Below, in pieces: positions 41,681 through 50,835 of a DNA stretch of 64,000 nucleotides. The first letter of the stretch is position 1, and every line of letters begins with the position of its first letter. Under the pieces are notes generated by a model that was given only the letters and a program-made list of their open reading frames with translations, had not been told where the DNA came from and searched no databases. The translations under genes were made by a program, and so were the position numbers. Source of the DNA: an uncultured Desulfobacter sp. (GTDB taxonomy: Bacteria; Desulfobacterota; Desulfobacteria; Desulfobacterales; Desulfobacteraceae); assembly GCA_963665095.1 (NCBI GenBank), contig OY762069.1, positions 6,016,001 to 6,080,000 on the forward strand, given 5' to 3'.

Positions 41681-44086
41681 TTACCGGCGTCCGGGCAGCA
41701 GATTTAACAGTGAGACAGTGGCCGCTTTAATCTGGGCCTCGTCCGTAAGCTGGGCTCTGTATTTGCCTAATATATACATCATTGCCTGATCATCATAATG
41801 GGGATCCAGGAAATAGCCGCTCTGGCCGCTCGGCGTTATGCCCCGGGAGAGGGACGGATCAGAAAAGTCAAAAATCCGCCGGGTGGAGGGGCCGAGATAG
41901 GCCTTGAAGGGCGGCGGTCCGATGTGGAATCCCTGATAGTTGGGCACCTCTCTTGCCCCTTCACACTTAAAAGGTCCGATGTTGAACAATTTATCCAATG
42001 GTTTTTTGCGTCCCAGGGCATGACCGTACTCCACTGTGTGAAGATCTTCCCAGATCCATTTTTCAGGATCCTTTCCGGCCACTTTCTTAAGTGCGTCCAG
42101 GGCCTTATTCCATGCCTTATGGACGATCTGTTGCCGGGTCTCTTTTTCAGGCGTGGCAACATCATCCCACCACACTGAATTTTCAACTTCCAGCATTTTA
42201 TCCAGGCAGGTATCCGCTATCCGGGTCCGTAAAAAGACCTTGAACCGATCTTGACCAAGCTCATCTTTCACTGCGGCTTCAAGCAGGTAATAATTAAGGG
42301 TATAAAATATTGCCGCCCCCCGGGTATCACGCCTGTGAAACCCGTCCCACCGGGCCAGCTGATCAAAGGCGGCTTTTGAGATGGATTTTGATTGCAGTTC
42401 AGGAATGGTTTTCAAAATCGCCACCTGCTTTTCTGCAATGGACTTATAAAAGGCCGATGCCGTATCAAGCTGGATATCCTGCATATCTCTGACTGATAAT
42501 TTTTTCCCTTTTTCCTCTAAAAGTGCTTTTATCCGCAGTGCCCGGTTATCAGGACAGTAATATCCGGGTACGATACCGGTCCCAAAGTCCTGGGGCTGAT
42601 GGTTGGCTGAGACAATGACGCCGGATGCCGGGTTGATGAACTGAGGGTTGGCAGCAAAAGGCAGAAACCCTTCATAATCGCAGGAGGGATCAGACCCGTC
42701 CTGGATGAAATTGGGATCCACATGGGCAGGGCGTTTCGCCAGCTTTGCCACAGCCCACCACCCCACGTTGCCCTTTGCATCGGCCATGACAAAATTCAAG
42801 CCCGGGGCATGGAGTTTTTCAAGGGCGGGGGCTGCCTGAAACACCGTATCAATATGGGATAATTCATACATACTTGTGATCATGTCATTGTCAAAATCGT
42901 GGAATCCCCAGCTGACCGCCACCGGCCGCTTCTCAGTTTTCAAAAGATCCAGAGAGTCATTGATAATGGGGCCGTGCCTGGAAATTCTGACATCAAGATT
43001 CACATCTTTTGCCCCTTTGACCAGAATTTTCTCATGCTCAATGTCAAGGTCTGTCCACTTTCCGTCTGACCATACCTGATTTGGGTTTTCCGGATTGATT
43101 TTTTCAGCAAACAGGTCCAGATTATCATTCAGGAACATGGTCAGGCTCCAGGCCACCTTCTGGTTATAACCGAGCAGGGCCACAGGAATACCGGCAAGAA
43201 AATGACCGTACATACTGCCCCCGGGGAAAACCAGGTGGGCTTCATACCAGACCGAAGGACAGGAATGTGCAATATGGGGGTCCCCGGAAAGAATGGCCTT
43301 GCCGGACGCTGTCAGTTCCGGCCTGACAGCCCAGGCATTGCTTCCTTCAAAAAATCCCACGGGGGAATGCCTGGACTCGATGTCTGCCACAAGTCCTGCC
43401 ATTTGCGCTAAAGAGTGATGTGTCTCTTTACTAAGGTGTATGGCCGGCCCTGACTTAAGCTTATAATTCAGATCCTCTAAATAGGCATCTCCGAGTTCAT
43501 CGCGAATAAAGGTAAGAACCGGGTCTGTTTTAAATCCGCTTGCAAAACTATACGCCATGTACCCTGCCACACAGATAATATCGGAGAGCGCAAACTTCTT
43601 TTTGGGAATTTTCAAAAGATCAAATTCAACAGGGGCAGGCCCTGTACGGATAAACTGATTGATCCCGTCAATATACGCCTGACTGACTTTAAACGCAGGC
43701 GTTTGCGTATCAGCCCGGGCCACATATGCCTTTCCGAACTGCTTTAACCGCAAGGTTCTGAAAAAGGTATCTGTGGAGACAAGTTCAGGCCCAAGCACCT
43801 CAGCCAGTTCCCCTTTGGCGAGCCGGCGAATCATCTCCATCTGGAACAGCCGGTCCTGGGCATGCAGATACCCCAGGGCAAAATAGGCATCTGTTTCGTT
43901 TTTCGCATAAATATGAGGAATGGCAAAGGCATCAAACCGGATACTCACGGGCTCTGAAAGACCTTGAAGCGTCAGAGCTCCAGATCTGACAGCCTTTTTT
44001 GAGTTCAGATAATATCCCCCTGCTGCTGCCAGAATCACTGCGACGACCACGACACCTAACCCGACTCTTCTGATTTGTCTGCCCAT
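41681..44086 (-). CDS. Penicillin acylase family (Ntn hydrolase)
   Basis: IPHIYA, AQDRLFQM, GSNAW nucleophile, DPH, SANH, GQSG...HYDDQ. Confidence 0.93.
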   Translation of the reverse strand: MGRQIRRVGLGVVVVAVILAAAGGYYLNSKKAVRSGALTLQGLSEPVSIRFDAFAIPHIYAKNETDAYFALGYLHAQDRLFQMEMIRRLAKGELAEVLGPELVSTDTFFRTLRLKQFGKAYVARADTQTPAFKVSQAYIDGINQFIRTGPAPVEFDLLKIPKKKFALSDIICVAGYMAYSFASGFKTDPVLTFIRDELGDAYLEDLNYKLKSGPAIHLSKETHHSLAQMAGLVADIESRHSPVGFFEGSNAWAVRPELTASGKAILSGDPHIAHSCPSVWYEAHLVFPGGSMYGHFLAGIPVALLGYNQKVAWSLTMFLNDNLDLFAEKINPENPNQVWSDGKWTDLDIEHEKILVKGAKDVNLDVRISRHGPIINDSLDLLKTEKRPVAVSWGFHDFDNDMITSMYELSHIDTVFQAAPALEKLHAPGLNFVMADAKGNVGWWAVAKLAKRPAHVDPNFIQDGSDPSCDYEGFLPFAANPQFINPASGVIVSANHQPQDFGTGIVPGYYCPDNRALRIKALLEEKGKKLSVRDMQDIQLDTASAFYKSIAEKQVAILKTIPELQSKSISKAAFDQLARWDGFHRRDTRGAAIFYTLNYYLLEAAVKDELGQDRFKVFLRTRIADTCLDKMLEVENSVWWDDVATPEKETRQQIVHKAWNKALDALKKVAGKDPEKWIWEDLHTVEYGHALGRKKPLDKLFNIGPFKCEGAREVPNYQGFHIGPPPFKAYLGPSTRRIFDFSDPSLSRGITPSGQSGYFLDPHYDDQAMMYILGKYRAQLTDEAQIKAATVSLLNLLPGRR

Positions 44087-44205
44087 AATGAATTCCCTTT
44101 TAGAAAGCGTTAATTTTCAGATTCCAAATTGCGAAATTCCTCTTTTCTGGAAAGCATTAGGACAAATAACAATACTTTGTCAAGAATCTTACCCGGTTTC
44201 CTGGG

Positions 44206-44649
44206 ATGATTTACGACAAACGCAGGGATTACGAGGAGAGCGTCTTTCATTTTAACCAGGTTCTTTCAAACTACCTTGAACAGGAGGACATCCGTGCCCA
44301 GGAGACCTGCCATCTGGTTCTGGTTAACCATACGCCTTTGTCCATTCGGTTCCGGTTTGACGAAAAGCGGTTTGATGTGGACGGGCCTATGATGTCAGGC
44401 AGGAGATCATCAAGTCCTGGCTGGACAAAGCCCTGGTCAAAGGCTCGGGCGAGCGCCTTACGCAGCCTGGCAGAATCGCCGTGGTCTATGCACATCCGGT
44501 ATCTTTCGTCCCAGGGCAGACTGCTTGATGACCTTGAATTCCTTGACCTGGACGACCTGCCTGATGTCCGGGGCCTGAAAGCAGTCAGGGTTGGCGTGGA
44601 TATGACCGCGGCCCAAATGGACAATGTTATTGAAATGCGGGCCGGGTGA
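44206..44649 (+). pseudogene. C-terminal remnant of a large conserved (GAF-associated) protein, frameshifted
   Basis: PLSIRFRFDEKRFDVDG continues in another frame as YDVRQEIIKSWLDKALVKGSGERLTQPGRIAVVY, then returns to GLKAVRV. Confidence 0.6.
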
Positions 44650-44689
44650 ATGAGCTTAATTCAGGTCATTTTGAAGAACAATTGCATAA

Positions 44690-44744
44690 TTATACGATTT
44701 GAACGTATAAATAAATTGACTATTATACTTTCAAATCGTATAAA
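44690..44744 (+). promoter_or_regulatory. Promoter with two palindromic operators
   Basis: TTATAC-N9-GTATAA at 44690-44710 and 44723-44743; TTGACT (44716)-17 bp-TATAAA (44739). Confidence 0.7.
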
Positions 44745-45922
44745 TGTTTATGGAAGAAATTTTATATCAATACAATCCCTGGTGGGAAGACCCGGTTTTT
44801 AATACTGAAATTATACCCAGGGATCGCTATCTTGACAGGCTTATTCAATATCTGGACAACAAACAGATTATCTCTTTGACAGGCCTGCGGCGTGTCGGCA
44901 AAACAACGTTGATGAAATTGATCATCAAGACGCTGATCTTAAACGGGGTCTCTCCAAAATCTATTTTATATGTCAGCCTGGATGATTACCTTCTTCACCG
45001 GAACAGTATTATTGAAATTATTAATGAATACAGAAAACTTCACAAGCTGAAAGTCGAAGAAAAGATTTACCTTTTTTTAGATGAAGTGATGCATAAAGAA
45101 AATTTTCATATCCAGCTGAAAAATATTTATGACGCCCAGAACACCAAAATTTTTGCTGCATCCTCGTCGGCGTCAATGTTACGGGATAAAAAAGCCAGTT
45201 TGACCGGCCGTTCCATTACTGTTGAAATAAAGCCGTTAAACCTGGAAGAATATCTGCTTTTTAAAGGCATCGTGTTAAAAAAGCGGGATAAGCAATTATA
45301 TAAGTCATACTTTCTCGACTATATCAAAGATGGCGGGATGCCGGAAAATGTATTAAAGCCAAACCGGGAATACCTGATGAACTTAGTCGATGATATCATC
45401 CAGAAAGATATTACAGCGTTTCATGGCTTGAAAAATCATCAAATCCTCAAAGATTTTTTTCTGCTTCTTATGGAACGGAGCGGAAAACAGCTGAGCATCA
45501 ACAAGATAGCAAAAATATTGAACATTTCACCAGATACGTCTAAACGGTATTTAAACTATTTCGAATCCACCTATCTTATACATCTGCTTCCCCGATGGGG
45601 TAAAACAAATCAACAGCTGTTATCAGCAAAAAAAATATATGCTTCGGATCTGGGGATCAAGTATCTTTTTATGGGGGGAAGAGACTTCGGAAGTTATTTC
45701 GAGAATTATATTTATCTGGTATTACGTCATAAGAAAGGCTTGTTTTATTTATATGAAAATACGGTTGAGATTGATTTTTATACAGATGATGAAATTTTAA
45801 TCGAATCCAAATTTTATTCCGAACTTAATGAAAAACAGGCCCTGTTGTTTTCCCAATATCCAGCCCGAAAAAGAATCGTGATTGATTCTGTAGACAAACT
45901 ATCCCTTTTAAATGAGTTGTGA
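44744..45922 (+). CDS. AAA-14 ATPase with DUF4143 (wHTH plus PD-(D/E)xK-like) C-terminus
   Basis: GLRRVGKT, FLDEV, LTGR, GGMPE, KIY..D.G, FEN, EIDF...IESK; start may be ATG 44750. Confidence 0.9.
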   Translation: MFMEEILYQYNPWWEDPVFNTEIIPRDRYLDRLIQYLDNKQIISLTGLRRVGKTTLMKLIIKTLILNGVSPKSILYVSLDDYLLHRNSIIEIINEYRKLHKLKVEEKIYLFLDEVMHKENFHIQLKNIYDAQNTKIFAASSSASMLRDKKASLTGRSITVEIKPLNLEEYLLFKGIVLKKRDKQLYKSYFLDYIKDGGMPENVLKPNREYLMNLVDDIIQKDITAFHGLKNHQILKDFFLLLMERSGKQLSINKIAKILNISPDTSKRYLNYFESTYLIHLLPRWGKTNQQLLSAKKIYASDLGIKYLFMGGRDFGSYFENYIYLVLRHKKGLFYLYENTVEIDFYTDDEILIESKFYSELNEKQALLFSQYPARKRIVIDSVDKLSLLNEL

Positions 45923-46304
45923 ATTAAAGCAAAATGAGCCGAAGGCGGACGGGTTGAAACCCAAATGTTTCTTCCAATACCGATTTAAGCGCTGGGGGGA
46001 CGTTTAACTGGTCAACAAAGCCATTAGTAGTTTCCATATTTGGGGATTATCGAAATTTTTTTCTTTGTTTTGGACTTTAGGGGCCTTGATAACCTATGAA
46101 TCTCGACTTCTCGACACAATTGTTCTGCCTGCATTGCGGCAGCCTGCAGATAAGCACTCAAATTATAAAAACCTGAATGTATATGTTCAGGAAGTGTGTC
46201 CCCAATCCGGCTATAGGATATAAAAAGTGCAACAGCGTAAAGAGTATAACTGAAATTAGACCCTTGCAACTTATAAACTTTTTTATGAAAAATGATCGAA
46301 ATCT

Positions 46305-46339
46305 TAAAAAGCCCCTGAGTAAAAATCTACTCAGGGGCT
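46305..46339 (-). terminator. Rho-independent terminator of the cold-shock gene
   Basis: 12-bp stem AGCCCCTGAGTA/TACTCAGGGGCT plus T-run on the minus strand. Confidence 0.85.
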
Positions 46340-46366
46340 AAAATGTCACAGGGATAAAATGGGATA

Positions 46367-46570
46367 TTAAATCACGGTCACATTTGCAGCTGCCGGTCCT
46401 TTGGGACCCTGTACAATATTGAATGAAACCTGGTCACCTTCGTTGAGGGATTTAAAACCAGCTGCATTTATACCTGAATGGTGGACAAACACATCGTTGC
46501 CACCATTTGCTTGTTCGATAAATCCAAAACCTTTTGACTCGTTAAACCATTTTACGATACCGTTTGCCAT
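46367..46570 (-). CDS. cspA: Cold-shock protein
   Basis: [28 protein letters not shown]. Confidence 0.96.
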   Translation of the reverse strand: MANGIVKWFNESKGFGFIEQANGGNDVFVHHSGINAAGFKSLNEGDQVSFNIVQGPKGPAAANVTVI

Positions 46571-47205
46571 GTAGGCGTTCTCCTAAATAAGAATAAAAAT
46601 AAATCGTCTCGATCTTAAAGAATAATCACTGATTTCTCGGGGAAAATATCTAAGGAAGAAACTCAAGCACATCAAATAGTGCAATAGTAGGCTATCATAC
46701 AGGTATCTGAGATGAAGTCAAGAAAAATTAATTTCAATTTTAAAATGGCATTTTTTTTGCTTAGGATTCCAAGTCAAAAACCAGCTTTAATTTGGTCTGT
46801 CTATGGTTGCGTGAATTGTCTTAAAGTTCAGTGGGATATCGGTTTTTCTGTCGCGCTTGTAGGTTAATTTTAAACGCTAAACATCGATTGAATGGAATGG
46901 TAAACCCGCGACTCTATATTTAATTCAGTTGCAATTCTTACCCAATGTTGTATGCTGTATGAAAAACAAATCAGCCAGAGTAGATCCTCCCTGGTTAGAC
47001 TAAAGTACTTAGGCGGTTCTCGCTACTCATCTTTACCCCATCTTGTATATTTCTGTCTGATTTTTGTTGATTATCATAAAAGTTAAGCAGTCTCTATATT
47101 CTGTTTGACAATTCTTTAAAACATTTAAGTTTAACAAATGAATTCAAACCCTTAAGTTGTTTGGATCTTGTTTGACACTTCTGAGATTACAGGAAAGGAT
47201 TGGGA

Positions 47206-47373
47206 ATGCAAAAGAAACCTAAATCGAAATATGGATACAGCAAGAGCGAGTTGATTGAGATAATAAATGAAATTGATGCCGACAAACATCAGATGAGAAT
47301 TAGAACCGAAAAGCTGAACACTCATAAGGAAAGCATTCGGCCCCATTTAGTTGTAAAACTGAACAATAATTAG
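47206..47373 (+). CDS. Small hypothetical protein (55 aa)
   Basis: Manual translation MQKKPKSKYGYSKSELIEII...; purine-rich RBS. Confidence 0.4.
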   Translation: MQKKPKSKYGYSKSELIEIINEIDADKHQMRIRTEKLNTHKESIRPHLVVKLNNN

Positions 47374-47404
47374 AAGCAACTTATATATATTGAAGGAGCT
47401 AAAT

Positions 47405-47587
47405 ATGGCTGACAGCCTTGAACACCCCGGAGTTTCGTCCAATAAAGATTACGAATTACCGGTTGACAGTTGTGATCATATGATTTCTACATCGCTTAGA
47501 GACTTGAGAAAAAAGTATTCGGATTTAGGTGCCAATAAATCAACTGGTGCTGATGTTAATGTAAAAAAAGATACTAAACCCGCTTGA
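47405..47587 (+). CDS. Small hypothetical protein (60 aa)
   Basis: AAGGAG RBS before ATG 47405. Confidence 0.45.
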   Translation: MADSLEHPGVSSNKDYELPVDSCDHMISTSLRDLRKKYSDLGANKSTGADVNVKKDTKPA

Positions 47588-47752
47588 GGAACTAAATCAG
47601 ACTTAAAGTGAGTCAGTCGTCCATGTATATCGGTTGAGTCAAATTTAGATATTTGGTTGGCTTTGTCGCTAATCATAAAGCAACCGACATGATCAAGCTT
47701 TTCGTATATAGAGATATCAATCAATATTATCTTTTGAATAATAAGGGGACGT

Positions 47753-47896
47753 ATGGCCGTCAGAAACCAATACACCTTTGAAAAACGTCAGAAAGACTTG
47801 GCGAAGAAAAAGGAAAAAGAAGAAAAAAAGCGTAAAAAGGACAAGAAGAATCAGGCAGAACATGAACCCGAAACTGAATTAGATGGGACCGAATAG
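47753..47896 (+). CDS. Small Lys-rich protein (47 aa)
   Basis: MAVRNQYTFEKRQKDLAKKKEKEEKKRKKDKKNQAEHEPETELDGTE; RBS AAGGGG; below the ORF-track cutoff. Confidence 0.75.
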   Translation: MAVRNQYTFEKRQKDLAKKKEKEEKKRKKDKKNQAEHEPETELDGTE

Positions 47897-47905
47897 GGTT
47901 CGTTT

Positions 47906-48559
47906 ATGTCTGACATCCGGGTTCGCTATACAACATTTGAAGTTGGGAATTTTGATATTCATGTTCGTATGCTGAGGGATATACTTCAGTTCGGGGATAA
48001 CGACGGTATTGCTAAAAGCCTGGGGATTTCTTCTGCAGCTTGGCCAATGTTTGGTGTGATCTGGCCTTCAGGCATGGTTCTGGCAAATCTGATGTTGGAT
48101 TACAATGTCAAAGGAAAACGAGTCTTGGAGGTGGGGTGTGGGATCGCTTTGGCCAGCTTGGTTCTGAATGAGCGGTTAGCTGACATTACGGCAACGGACC
48201 ATCACCCTGAAACAGAGGGTTTCCTCGTTTATAATGCAAGTCTGAATAACGGAAAAACCATTCCCTTTGTGCAAACTGGATGGGCGCATTCCGATAGTAA
48301 GGACCTTGGGAAATTTGATCTGATTATCGGATCTGATCTACTATACGAGGAACAGAATGTTGAGCTTTTAGCCACATTTATAAATCAGCATAGTCGACGT
48401 CAGTGCGAAGTGATTATGGTTGATCCTGGACGAGGCTTGCATGCTAAATTTAGCAAAAATATGGTGGGCCTTGGGTATTCTCACTCTCAAGAAAAACCAA
48501 ATAATACAGGCTATTTGAATGATGGATTTAAAGGCTGGATTCTTAACTATACCAGGTAG
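47906..48559 (+). CDS. Methyltransferase family 16 (METTL21-like, putative protein lysine methyltransferase)
   Basis: FGVIWPSG, VLEVGCG, TDHH, DLIIGSDLLYE, DPGR. Confidence 0.85.
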   Translation: MSDIRVRYTTFEVGNFDIHVRMLRDILQFGDNDGIAKSLGISSAAWPMFGVIWPSGMVLANLMLDYNVKGKRVLEVGCGIALASLVLNERLADITATDHHPETEGFLVYNASLNNGKTIPFVQTGWAHSDSKDLGKFDLIIGSDLLYEEQNVELLATFINQHSRRQCEVIMVDPGRGLHAKFSKNMVGLGYSHSQEKPNNTGYLNDGFKGWILNYTR

Positions 48560-49163
48560 CCGAAATTAAGATGGTTTATGTGTATCATTTTTGATTTTGA
48601 TAGCAACCCTCCCGGACAAACACCGGGACCAAACTTCAAAATAACTGCGAGTTAATTAGAAGGTAGCACTTAACAATCAAATCCTTCCACTTCTATGTTT
48701 CTGACATCAAGGCAGCGTGTATTGTTCCCGAAATGAGCAAACCCAAAGTCCGCAATCATGATATCTAAGCTCGTTTTTTCTCCCGATCCCCAACCACAAC
48801 ATCTGGTATGTGGCCATATTCTGAACTTGTGGGAAAAATCAAGATTATGCCCTGTTAAATTTTATTTCCAGGAACGCCTTGATTACATTTAATATATTAT
48901 TATACTCGATCAATAGAATAGAGACGTGCACAATATGTTGTTCCCAGCACCAATCTCCGAAAAGTGAGCCTTGAAATAGACTAAGGCTCGCTCATTATCC
49001 AAATCAAAAACCCCGGAAAACAAGCAATCTCAAAGTGTTGAATATTAATAGTAGTCCGGGGTTCTGAATCCGTCATCAGAGGAATTCCGTTTTTGACATA
49101 GTCAGCAGTCATAAATTTAAAATATCATCTCTGCGATTGATCTTCATTTGGGACGCGAATGTC

Positions 49164-49772
49164 TTATTCTGTAAACGAATTAACCTGACACAAACCATCT
49201 TCATTTTTAATGAAAAAAATTGGTTTCATGGTTTTATCAGCAAAATCATAAAGCACCAGTTCAGGATGATGGGTATCAAAGGCTTTTCCGAAAAAGAGGC
49301 AAATTGCATTCGAGGCGCATGGAAGTAAATGAATTTTATTAATCCCATAAGAGCATTTAAGGTGATGCAGTAGACGCTGCATGTCAGCCATAAATTCAAT
49401 GCCATTCTTGGGATGGCCTATCGCTCCATTTCCCATGTTATTTGCCTGAATTTTAATCGTTTTTAATTTTAACTGTTTTGCGTATCCGTCAAATAGGGGT
49501 GGGTGGTTGGTAAAACTTAAAGTTAAGACAATTTCGTCTTCGTTTTGTTCTAAATCTTCCATGCCCAATATATCATACGTTTTTTCTGAAGGAGTGTCTG
49601 ATGGCCATGTCCATTGGTTGCCATCCCTGAACCGGAGCATTGGAATGATTTCCTGCTTGTTTCCAATTTTTGCTCCTAAAGCAATTAATTGCGGCATGAG
49701 ACCGAAAGCAAAAAGAGCTGCTCTGAACTGGTTGCGTCCTATCAACGACAATATTTTTTCAGACGCATCTTC
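49164..49772 (-). pseudogene. cap5: CBASS HNH-SAVED effector, 3' part (SAVED C-terminus)
   Basis: ALFAFGLMPQLIALG, W.WP, IHLLPCASNA....FG; in frame with the 5' part once IS21 is removed. Confidence 0.85.
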
Positions 49773-49967
49773 GATTATGTCAGGGCCGTCTTGAAAATGC
49801 AGCCAAATCCCCGGTTTGAAAATGTATGTTCTTAGCTGGTTTTTCTTCTCTTAAAAATCAAATTTAAAAATTTCGTCTTCTTCATTTTTTTCCTTTCTTT
49901 GCCCTCTGCTTTTTTCCGTACATACTGATCTTATTCATGTCTGATTTGAATCGGAGGCAATATGTAG

Positions 49968-50534
49968 ATGGGACTACTCAAGAAAAGAAGGTGCCGAAAT
50001 TGTAGAAGATTATTCGCTCCTAATCCAAGAAATATAGACTCTCAAAAATACTGTTCCAGATCTGAGTGCAGAAAAGCCAGCAAAAGGTGCAGCCAGAAAA
50101 AATGGCTGAACAAGCCTGAAAATCGAAACTACTTTTGTGGGCCTGCCCATGTTGAACGTGTTCAGGAATGGAGAAAGAAGAATCCCGGATATTGGAAGAA
50201 GACCAAAAGCCCAGATACGTTACAAGACTCGATATTGCCCCAACAGGCTGAAAATAAACAGGATTCAACGCAATTCATGGACAATGCGTTACAAGATTTC
50301 TTACGGGCGCAACCTCCTGTCATTATAGGGTTAATCGCCAACTTTACAGGCAGTGCGTTACAAGATGACATCGCTTCCACGCTCCTTCGTATGAAAAAAT
50401 ACGGGCAAGACATTTTATGTTCACAACCCCAAAAAGAAGGAGAGCAAAATGATTGCAAAGGCCCCCATTTTACCATCCAGGGTTCGAAAAACACCCCAAA
50501 GCTTCAGTTGGATCGATCATCGCCTGGTGCGTGA
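49968..50534 (+). CDS. IS passenger protein with Cys-rich N-terminus
   Basis: CRNC...F.P.PR...QKYC...C, W...NP.YW; RBS GGAGG. Confidence 0.8.
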   Translation: MGLLKKRRCRNCRRLFAPNPRNIDSQKYCSRSECRKASKRCSQKKWLNKPENRNYFCGPAHVERVQEWRKKNPGYWKKTKSPDTLQDSILPQQAENKQDSTQFMDNALQDFLRAQPPVIIGLIANFTGSALQDDIASTLLRMKKYGQDILCSQPQKEGEQNDCKGPHFTIQGSKNTPKLQLDRSSPGA

Positions 50535-50835
50535 ACGGCACATTGACAGGTGTACACACTCCCAGTCCGCCCTATATCTGTTTCTGGTGTGTGTGGCCGA
50601 CAGTCAAGGCATCAGCTACTATGGAGATAAGGCGATCATGGATCGGCTGTGCATGGATTCTGATGGCCTGAAGACAGCACGTTCCGGGTTAATACAGAAT
50701 GGGCTGATTGCCTGGCAGAGACCTATTTACCAGGTGCTTGCCCTTGACCCTGCTCCTGGTAAATCAAAACGGCACGGCTCCATGCTGCGTCTTTCAGATA
50801 TTCTAAAAGCAGCAGCGGAGGGCAACCATGATTGA
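50449..50835 (+). CDS. IS passenger protein, probable winged helix
   Basis: FSWIDHRL, ALYLFL..VAD..G.SYY, AR..L...GLIA; RBS AAGGAG. Confidence 0.75.
   Translation: MIAKAPILPSRVRKTPQSFSWIDHRLVRERHIDRCTHSQSALYLFLVCVADSQGISYYGDKAIMDRLCMDSDGLKTARSGLIQNGLIAWQRPIYQVLALDPAPGKSKRHGSMLRLSDILKAAAEGNHD

Noticed and set aside
45935..45963. tRNA 3'-end or REP-like hairpin GGGTTTCAACCCGTCC
   Set aside because: Single copy, no cloverleaf or CCA, and no partner repeat in the window.
46013..46269. IS903-like end GGCTTTGTTG and an 81-aa ORF
   Set aside because: No second end or transposase; the ORF has no RBS or recognisable motif.
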